Virus record (IMG/VR): IMGVR_UViG_3300047564_002265
Coordinates: 1-43,244 of that record
Length of the DNA stretch: 43,244 nt
Source: a virus
Taxonomy: Duplodnaviria > Caudoviricetes
Reading direction: 5' to 3' (one strand)
The position numbers were made by a program, and so were the translations under genes. Shown here piece by piece: positions 36,678 through 43,244 of the stretch. The notes beneath the pieces are model-generated. The model was given only the letters and a program-made list of their open reading frames with translations, was not told where the DNA came from and did not search any database. Each line of letters starts with the position of its first letter. The first letter of the stretch is position 1.

Positions 36678-37718
36678 CTATTCAACTTTAAATAGAGTGT
36701 CGGTGTCGATTACTCTAGAATAATCACCGTTTACAACTTTTAACTTTAATGTATAGAATCTGCCTGGATATAGTGGTGATGTATCTAAAATTACATATGA
36801 CCCGCTTGTATCCGTATTTACTTTACTATAGTTATCAAACGGTATAACAGTTGTGTTACTTTGTGCGTCAACAATAGAAAAGTATGACGAGGTAGGTAAA
36901 TAATACTTGTTTTTGTACCGTAATACAGAATCAAATGACTTTAATGGATATTGGTCACGGACTACCAAAGTTACTTTGTCTACATCACCCTTTGTGTATG
37001 TTTCCCGTAAATTAGATGCAACAACTTTTACGTTTAGTGTTGAAATTGGTAATAAACTTCCAGTGACTACTGTTTGCGTATCCCATATAATTTCAAGAGT
37101 TGGTTGATAAATTGTATGTGTTTGTGTAGAAAATACTTTAATGACTCCCTTGTTTGTGGAGTCTTGTTCATCGGCAATTGGAAAACGTAATGCCAATCCA
37201 TAGAAAGTATTTTGTATAGATTGACTGACAAATGGTCGTAAGATATTTGTTACGTCTACACGAATATCTTGAAGTGGATATGATGATAGAACGATACTTT
37301 GACTGGTTGACCCCGTTAAGAAATCACCACCAGCACTACTCCAAGATACCGCAGATGTGCATCTTGCCCACGATGCCCCATCTTCTACGTTTTTTATATT
37401 TTGATAAAAATATCCACTACCTTCATCCCACGAACGAGATACTTGATAGATAAGGATTTCTTGATTTCTTTTTACGTTATCTGCATTTGCTAGCTTTAAG
37501 TTTAAAAAATAACTAGCGGTGGCTGGTACACTAGCCGTTGTTGGTAGTTCAAAGTAAATTAAAGAGCGTGCGGACCCAGTTGCATATGCAGTTGAACTGG
37601 TTGGTACCGATACATCGATAACTTTACCAATTTCAAGTACTTCGTCTAGTCCAGCATTGTTGTTAAGATACGCCTGATACAACGTGGTATCTTTACTGGC
37701 GGTTAGTATGGTTCTCAT
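36678..37718 (-). CDS. DNRLRE/CBM96-like domain virion protein
   Basis: ASKDTTLY..NNAG...RSLIYFEL...SRSWDEG...W...GGDF...DVTNI...PTLEI pattern. Confidence 0.6.
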   Translation of the reverse strand: MRTILTASKDTTLYQAYLNNNAGLDEVLEIGKVIDVSVPTSSTAYATGSARSLIYFELPTTASVPATASYFLNLKLANADNVKRNQEILIYQVSRSWDEGSGYFYQNIKNVEDGASWARCTSAVSWSSAGGDFLTGSTSQSIVLSSYPLQDIRVDVTNILRPFVSQSIQNTFYGLALRFPIADEQDSTNKGVIKVFSTQTHTIYQPTLEIIWDTQTVVTGSLLPISTLNVKVVASNLRETYTKGDVDKVTLVVRDQYPLKSFDSVLRYKNKYYLPTSSYFSIVDAQSNTTVIPFDNYSKVNTDTSGSYVILDTSPLYPGRFYTLKLKVVNGDYSRVIDTDTLFKVE

Positions 37719-39637
37719 TGGGTAGCGTTTCCTATAATATCAGTTGTTGGATATTTCAACTCAAAGATACTTGGGTCGAGACTTGGATAGATAACCCCAT
37801 TAATTGTTGCTTCATCGATATCATATCTATAATTTTGATACCCAGTACCATCTCTATATTGGTACTTATTAAAGATACGTACATTCTTTACTGTTTGAAC
37901 CCCTTCTACCAATCCAATATTATATGACAAATCTGCCAATACAATTGGTTGGTTGATATTCCATTTACTGGTGTCAAAGAAATCTTGTACAGTACCGATA
38001 CTTCTTGCTAACACATCATTAACATTGTAGTTTCTCAATACAGAGATGTCAAATTGTACTCCGATGTTGATGATAAATGCATCGAGAATATTAACATCAT
38101 CTGTTAACATTCTAAATTGTTCAAGATATCGTGCTAGATTTTCCTTGACTAATGTATTTAGTGTGGACAGATTTCCGTTGGTGTCATATCCTAGTGTATA
38201 TAAATTAATTACGTTAGGACGAACTGGATTATCTACATACACTCGGTCATTTCTAGAAGCCAGTATTCTGTTAATTTGCTCATCTCGTACAGCAAAAGTT
38301 TTTGCTACACGACCAAATTTTGCTGGTAGTGCGTAGGAGCGAACGGCGTAGTCTTCTACCGTCACTACACGATTTTGTGCGTTGAAAAATGCTAGTGCAT
38401 TTTCACGAATTTCATCGATTGATTCTCCTGTACCACCGCCTGTTGCTGGTAAATCATTGTTGATGGTTATACTTTGTACGGCTGCATTGAAAGCGGTAAG
38501 CTCTCCAGCTGTATAATCGGTAGTGTCGTTTGATGTAATTACACTAGCTACTCTATTGATGGTATTAGATGGTGTGTTTGTATTTACTCCACCGCCAACC
38601 AAATAGGTTACAGTTAGTGTGACGTTTGCTGGTGAAATGCCGTATGCGTTACTGTTAAGAAAGTTTACGTTATTGATAGCCACATTACCCAGTGCGGTTT
38701 CTATGGTATTACCGTATTGAGAGTTTGCTACTTGTCTAGAATCTAATGTTGTATTGACTTCTGCTTCGTTATCTGTTCCAGAACCGAACACTAATTCCAT
38801 TCTGTTGTCTCTGTTGATTCTGGTTACAAATCTACGAGGAACTTTACGAAGTCGTAATTTAGACGATGGTAAAATTCCAGTTTCACCGTTACTGGTTACG
38901 TCCAATTCATCCATAATAACATCTTGTGCTAGATAATCCACTTCATACCAAGTGTTACCGTTAGAATCAACAACACTTTCAATACCAATTACGGATTCAT
39001 CTGGCATTAATACTGAGGTGAATCGTTGTGGACTTCCAAATGTAAATGTTGTGATTCTTTCTTCTGCGGACACCAATCGAGCTGGCTTACTAACTATGAA
39101 TGTTGATGGGTTACCGCCAGAGAACGTATTAACAATATAATTTTCAGCTGTAATATCAGAGAAATCTATATCTTCGGTCAGTCTAAATTGAACTGATGTT
39201 TGTCCAGTTGTAACGAATGTACTCCCCTTTGCTACTTTAATCAAGTATTTTGGGTCAGTAACATATACACCGTTTTCAAGTATAGCTGGAGCTAGTTGAT
39301 ATATAGTTGCTGTTGTAGTAGATGGTGAAATTAATTTTGGTTTATACCCAAGAAATTGTGAAATAGAAATAACATTTTCTTGTTGTTCTGCATATGCTAA
39401 TAAGTTTTCTTTAAACTGATTATCAATATAAAACGAAAGGACATCACCAATGTAGGATGCCATTTCAATAAACATCATACCAGGCGAGGTTTCATTAAAA
39501 TCTGAGTATGTGTTTGGGTAATATGCTTTCGCAAATTCTATTAAATTTTGTCTAAAGTCCGTGAACGTCTTTGAGACATAATTAATTTGCTTGACATTTG
39601 GTCTTGGTTGTATAGTTACTGATTGGTTCGTTGCCAT
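37715..39637 (-). CDS. Baseplate wedge protein (T4 gp6 / baseplate J-like)
   Basis: FTDFRQNLIEFAKAYYPNTYSDFNETSPGMMFIEMASYIGDVLSFY, LGYKP, FGSG, ATGG..GESIDEIRENA..AQNRVVTVEDY. Confidence 0.92.
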   Translation of the reverse strand: MATNQSVTIQPRPNVKQINYVSKTFTDFRQNLIEFAKAYYPNTYSDFNETSPGMMFIEMASYIGDVLSFYIDNQFKENLLAYAEQQENVISISQFLGYKPKLISPSTTTATIYQLAPAILENGVYVTDPKYLIKVAKGSTFVTTGQTSVQFRLTEDIDFSDITAENYIVNTFSGGNPSTFIVSKPARLVSAEERITTFTFGSPQRFTSVLMPDESVIGIESVVDSNGNTWYEVDYLAQDVIMDELDVTSNGETGILPSSKLRLRKVPRRFVTRINRDNRMELVFGSGTDNEAEVNTTLDSRQVANSQYGNTIETALGNVAINNVNFLNSNAYGISPANVTLTVTYLVGGGVNTNTPSNTINRVASVITSNDTTDYTAGELTAFNAAVQSITINNDLPATGGGTGESIDEIRENALAFFNAQNRVVTVEDYAVRSYALPAKFGRVAKTFAVRDEQINRILASRNDRVYVDNPVRPNVINLYTLGYDTNGNLSTLNTLVKENLARYLEQFRMLTDDVNILDAFIINIGVQFDISVLRNYNVNDVLARSIGTVQDFFDTSKWNINQPIVLADLSYNIGLVEGVQTVKNVRIFNKYQYRDGTGYQNYRYDIDEATINGVIYPSLDPSIFELKYPTTDIIGNATQ

Positions 39638-39650
39638 TTAAAACTCCAAA

Positions 39651-40136
39651 TTAATTAAGTCTTCTGATACGACGAGCGTTTTGAAGCGCTGTAATTTCTT
39701 CCTGTGTGGGTTCCGCATTTTCTGGCACTTCTATAAACCCTACTGTTGGTACTCCAAATTGTCGAGCTGCTACTGTTATTTGGTCGGTTACATTTGGGTT
39801 ATTTCTGAATCTATATAAACATTTTATATCAATGATATTATTATCATCCGTTTTAGTGATTTGAAAATCAGTTAATTCGATGAACGGTAACCAACGGTCT
39901 ACAGCTTCAGCTACTGCTAATCGGGCGTTTTCTAGAGTTTCTTCTGTTAATGGCTCAAACAATATTTTCCACAAATCGCATCCTAAATCAGGTTGTCCAA
40001 CACGTTCTTTTTTCTTTGTAAGAATTAAATTCTTAAAGTTAGAACGAACTTGTTGGATTACCGTGGTAGATTGGTCAAACATTCCTGTTTGTCCCAAACG
40101 AATTGGTAATACGACACCAATAAACTTCTGAGCCAT
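39651..40136 (-). CDS. Baseplate gp25-like protein (sheath initiator)
   Basis: QVRSNFKNLILTKKKERVGQPDLGCDLWKILFEP...RWLPFI. Confidence 0.88.
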   Translation of the reverse strand: MAQKFIGVVLPIRLGQTGMFDQSTTVIQQVRSNFKNLILTKKKERVGQPDLGCDLWKILFEPLTEETLENARLAVAEAVDRWLPFIELTDFQITKTDDNNIIDIKCLYRFRNNPNVTDQITVAARQFGVPTVGFIEVPENAEPTQEEITALQNARRIRRLN

Positions 40137-40148
40137 TTATATCTCCAA

Positions 40149-40508
40149 TTAGGTCAACTTCATTGCTTTCATTAGAGCTGAATAATCTCTATTGATAGCT
40201 TGTAACGTAGGATTATCTTCACTTACACCTGGTGGAGCTGACATTACTGGACCGACATTCTTTGATGTGGCAGTAATGGTGTCACCGTGGCGTTCTAATC
40301 CCATCATTGCTGCGAGTTGACTACGAGAAAGTTTTGGTTTAGCTGCTGTTGCTTCATTAACCTTCATTGGTTGCTGTACACTTTTAATTTCCGCAATAGC
40401 TTCTCCAAGAACTTCTGGAAGAATCTTCTTTACTGCTTTTTCTACTGACTCTTCAATTTGTTCCTTGACCAATTCCTTGACGTATGCTCTGAATAATGCT
40501 TTATCCAT
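40149..40508 (-). CDS. Hypothetical protein
   Basis: Leader FRAYVKELVKEQIEE, VNE site, C-terminal AINRDYSALMKAM; AGAGGG SD. Confidence 0.65.
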   Translation of the reverse strand: MDKALFRAYVKELVKEQIEESVEKAVKKILPEVLGEAIAEIKSVQQPMKVNEATAAKPKLSRSQLAAMMGLERHGDTITATSKNVGPVMSAPPGVSEDNPTLQAINRDYSALMKAMKLT

Positions 40509-40519
40509 ATTATTACCCT

Positions 40520-41074
40520 CTACTGGTTATTGAATCGTCCAAGAACCGTATTTTTTGTTGCTTGATTTTTTAACGATTGTCGATACTTGAACGGGTTTTC
40601 TTGTTTCTTAAGTTCTGCATCCAATGCCTTAACAGATGCTTGTTGTCGTTGTTGTTTAATTCTATCTATTTTAGTCTTGATATAGTTCTTAATTTGACCA
40701 TATGATGGTATTCTTGGTTTAGGAACTATTAATGTTGGTACTGCTGGAATTGCTGGTAACGCTGGTAATCCACTAGTATATGTTTTTGCTGCATTTAACG
40801 TTCGTGCTCTAATTTGGTCAACACTTCCCGTTGTAAAAAGTCTGTCTGGTATAACCGTGTTTAGTATTGGAAACTGTGGTATTTCTGGTGCATTAACTGT
40901 CGGTATATTTCCAGTTAAAGATTGAAACGACCCAGATATATCACTTGTGTTAATCGGTAATAAATTACTTGGTATTCTGGTAACACTAGCGGTCGGTAAT
41001 GTTATTGTTGGAAGTTCCTCTACCTCTGCTCTAATCGGATTATTTATGGGTAATAAATTACTTGGTATTGCCAT
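40520..41074 (-). CDS. Pro-rich hypothetical protein next to the spike gene
   Basis: IPSNLLPIN twice, LPALPAIPAVP tract, basic coiled C-terminus. Confidence 0.6.
   Translation of the reverse strand: MAIPSNLLPINNPIRAEVEELPTITLPTASVTRIPSNLLPINTSDISGSFQSLTGNIPTVNAPEIPQFPILNTVIPDRLFTTGSVDQIRARTLNAAKTYTSGLPALPAIPAVPTLIVPKPRIPSYGQIKNYIKTKIDRIKQQRQQASVKALDAELKKQENPFKYRQSLKNQATKNTVLGRFNNQ
40956..41069. repeat. 21-bp direct repeat (GGTAATAAATTACTTGGTATT at 40956-40976 and 41049-41069)
   Basis: Exact copies 93 nt (31 codons) apart, encoding IPSNLLP. Confidence 0.85.
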
Positions 41075-41076
41075 AA

Positions 41077-42459
41077 TCAGTCGTTAGTTTTAGAAGTAAA
41101 ATTACTAGTACTATTGAATATAGCCGATTGTGGTATTCCAGGTACACCAAGTTTTGCTAACAAATCAAACAATTTTGCGGTAACCGTTGGATTAAAGAAC
41201 GCTGGTCCGGTCGATGTTAATACTGTAGCGGTTGATAATACTCGAACCAAATCAGTCAACCACGTTGCCAACTCACCGCCCAACACCATTGGTTGTGTTG
41301 TATCGTTTGGTGACGCCCCTATAAATATCTTTTTACCCGATATTGTGTAGTTTCCTGAGGTTCCCTGGGAAATATCGTTTGTTACATTTATATTAATAGA
41401 ACGACCCGAAAATATTAAATCTCTGGGGGTTGATATCTCGATGTCTCTTTCCGCCGTAATAAACACAGATTTACCAGAATCTATGGTAATCGATTCTACT
41501 GCACTTAGATTTATTTCCTTTTTCGCAAACAGAGATATTTCATTTACTTTACTGTTTAAAATAACTCTATCTGAATTCAAGAATATTTGTGCCCCAGTAT
41601 ACTTTGTAGAATCAGATGATTCTGTTGACCGTAAATGAGCTATACTAGATTTGGTAGCTGGATCTAGTACTACTTTTTCGTCTACTAGCATCCAAATACT
41701 ACTTTTGTCTTTATTAATATCTTCGTAGGTTAATCCGTATGGACCTCCAGCAACAGTTTCGTTAGTACCATCGTTATTAATATCAATAGATGTAACTTTA
41801 TCTGGACTTTGACCAACCGAAAATATTAGGTTTGCTTGTGGTGCTGGGGTATTTGGGTTACTGAACAAGCTAGAACCAAAACGAATGGTGTTTCCAAATC
41901 TTCCGTTTATAATTAAGTCCCCTTCATTTGGACGAATCATACGAACTGAAGGGTTCTCACTGAATTCATCACCTAAACTGAATTGTTGTTTCATTCCCCA
42001 CGGACGATATGGAGTCCCTCCTTGAGCGGCAATTTGAGCAGCGTCACTTCTATCTACCGATTGTACTTGTGGAGAAAATCTGTCACTCAACCCCGGCCAC
42101 GAACTTTCCGTAACTTTATTGGTAGAGTTGATTCTACGTGTGTAGAACAATCGCCCTAAAGAATAAAATACCAACACTAATTCATTTTTTAGTGGGTATT
42201 CTCGTATACTAGAGTCTATTGGTGCTACCCAATTTAACTTATCTTTTGGAACATCACGGTCACCTGGAATGAACCTTACTTGTATCATTCCCACATTACT
42301 TCCATCTACTGCATATTGAGGATGTAATTCGTTTAAAATAACATCTTCAACCAATCCGTCTTGATATGGAGTGGGTTGTGTTACAGCAAACCGCGGGAAC
42401 TGCGATGCTCCCAGTTGGTTGATATCTATGTTATATGCGGTCGGTCCAAATGATGACAC
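41077..42459 (-). CDS. Baseplate hub / central spike protein (gp5/VgrG-like)
   Basis: OB-fold-like N-terminus (GMIQVRF..YPLKNELV), EGDLIINGRFGNTIRFGS, QIFLNSDRVILNS, beta-helix-like repeats, QPMVLG; upstream of gp25 and gp6. Confidence 0.7.
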   Translation of the reverse strand: MSSFGPTAYNIDINQLGASQFPRFAVTQPTPYQDGLVEDVILNELHPQYAVDGSNVGMIQVRFIPGDRDVPKDKLNWVAPIDSSIREYPLKNELVLVFYSLGRLFYTRRINSTNKVTESSWPGLSDRFSPQVQSVDRSDAAQIAAQGGTPYRPWGMKQQFSLGDEFSENPSVRMIRPNEGDLIINGRFGNTIRFGSSLFSNPNTPAPQANLIFSVGQSPDKVTSIDINNDGTNETVAGGPYGLTYEDINKDKSSIWMLVDEKVVLDPATKSSIAHLRSTESSDSTKYTGAQIFLNSDRVILNSKVNEISLFAKKEINLSAVESITIDSGKSVFITAERDIEISTPRDLIFSGRSININVTNDISQGTSGNYTISGKKIFIGASPNDTTQPMVLGGELATWLTDLVRVLSTATVLTSTGPAFFNPTVTAKLFDLLAKLGVPGIPQSAIFNSTSNFTSKTND

Positions 42460-42843
42460 TTACTTCTCCGCAAAAACATCATCCAAGTCCTTCACATCTT
42501 CTTGAAGGTCTTGGATTTCTGTAGTTATATCCTTAAGTAATGCTTCTTTTTCCGATTCCGACAACAATCCTTCTAATGAGGCATTAGATTTGACCCCGAC
42601 CGACACAATTCTTTGTGCGATTTGAGCAACACGTACTAAATGTTCATCATTTTTGACATTGACTTCCAAAAATCCCTGCACAATCGGTCCAATCACAGCC
42701 GCATCTTCTGGAGTACGAATGAGTTGGACCATTTTCATAATAAACGAGTTGATTTGTGCCCGTTTACTATCAGTATTTTTGTGTATTTCAGTAAAAATGT
42801 CGGCTAGACTTTTTCCATCATACAGTTCCGAATTAATATCCAT
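42460..42843 (-). CDS. Hypothetical helical protein
   Basis: 127 aa, GKSLADIFTEIH...VKNDEHLVRVAQIAQR; GGGGG SD; own late-type motif. Confidence 0.7.
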   Translation of the reverse strand: MDINSELYDGKSLADIFTEIHKNTDSKRAQINSFIMKMVQLIRTPEDAAVIGPIVQGFLEVNVKNDEHLVRVAQIAQRIVSVGVKSNASLEGLLSESEKEALLKDITTEIQDLQEDVKDLDDVFAEK

Positions 42844-42858
42844 AAAGACCCCCTAAAT

Positions 42859-42881
42859 TCCTATATTATAAATAGATAGGA
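42859..42881 (-). promoter_or_regulatory. Late-type motif in the loop of a 6-bp inverted repeat
   Basis: TCCTAT-attataaatag-ATAGGA; motif about 23 nt upstream of the ATG at 42843. Confidence 0.55.
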
Positions 42882-42882
42882 T

Positions 42883-43244
42883 TTATTTTTTATACGAGAA
42901 ATATGTGGTTGGGTCCGAAAGATGTCCGTTGCGTCTAAACTCACCAAGCATCTTCAAAATCTGGGGTCGCATCTTGTTGATGACCTTAGTGATATGGGCA
43001 GTCTTATAGTTAGTCATTTCCCGTACCATAAGGTATAGGGCTTTTTTGTTAAAATTATCAATATTATCAATGCGTTCTATAAGTTTTACTATTGCCGCCG
43101 CAATTTCCTTGTCTCGCTTCTTCTTAAAAAAGCGGTCAAGATTGAATTCCCAGTATTCTACCAACAGTTTTAGGAATTCCTTCATGTCTACCGTAGAATC
43201 CCGTGTTTCCGGCTCTACGACAAGCATTTCTTCCAAACTAAATG
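42883..43244 (-). CDS. C-terminal part of a probable sigma-factor-like (gp55-like) protein; 5' end outside the window
   Basis: Frame stays open to the window edge; FNKKALYLMVREMTNYKTAHITKVINKM looks like a region-4-type helix-turn-helix that I recall at the C-terminus of sigma-like proteins of such phages. Region 2 is not visible. Confidence 0.5.
   Translation of the reverse strand, partial: FSLEEMLVVEPETRDSTVDMKEFLKLLVEYWEFNLDRFFKKKRDKEIAAAIVKLIERIDNIDNFNKKALYLMVREMTNYKTAHITKVINKMRPQILKMLGEFRRNGHLSDPTTYFSYKK

Noticed and set aside
1002-42856. Numerous plus-strand ORFs of 60-227 aa (e.g. 4868-5551, 34218-34685, 17705-18097)
   Set aside because: Nearly all are antisense shadows of well-supported minus-strand genes, with low-complexity mirror translations and no recognisable motifs.
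1-43244. Stop-codon reassignment, as seen in some large phages
   Set aside because: Core genes are full length in code 11, and TAA, TGA (e.g. 7614) and TAG (e.g. 36678, 40520) each end genes immediately before the next start.
1-43244. CRISPR array, tRNA or rRNA genes
   Set aside because: Intergenic gaps are all under about 135 nt; no repeat-spacer periodicity or cloverleaf seen by eye. tRNAscan and Infernal were not run.

Overview
A 43 kb segment of a large T4-like tailed-phage (myovirus) genome. All credible genes are on the minus strand and read cleanly in the standard code. In transcription order (right to left) it holds: the C-terminal end of a probable sigma-like late transcription factor; a baseplate/tail module (gp5-like spike, gp25, gp6, DNRLRE-like, Ig-like, a 1638-aa wedge protein, three fibre-attachment-like proteins); a small DNA-metabolism insert (resolvase-like nuclease, primase, single-chain Mre11-Rad50 fusion) with a canonical sigma70 promoter before the primase; a 963-aa HNH + ligase-like + HIGH-nucleotidyltransferase fusion; terminase large subunit; a cluster of small modular basic/acidic proteins; portal; prohead protease; an HExxH metallopeptidase; ribosomal protein bS21; scaffold; major capsid; and neck/tail-completion genes. 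Three observations stand out. (1) A probable protease-matured capsid-cargo system: many ORFs share N-terminal leaders ending in [ILV]-x-E and are strings of modules separated by gp21-type sites. (2) A conserved intergenic motif, TA(T/C)TTAT on the coding strand, which is the reverse complement of the T4 late promoter and in three cases sits in the loop of unrelated inverted repeats. (3) A bS21 phage whose Shine-Dalgarno and promoter signals do not look Bacteroidota-like. Family names come from motif recognition by eye; no database searches were run.
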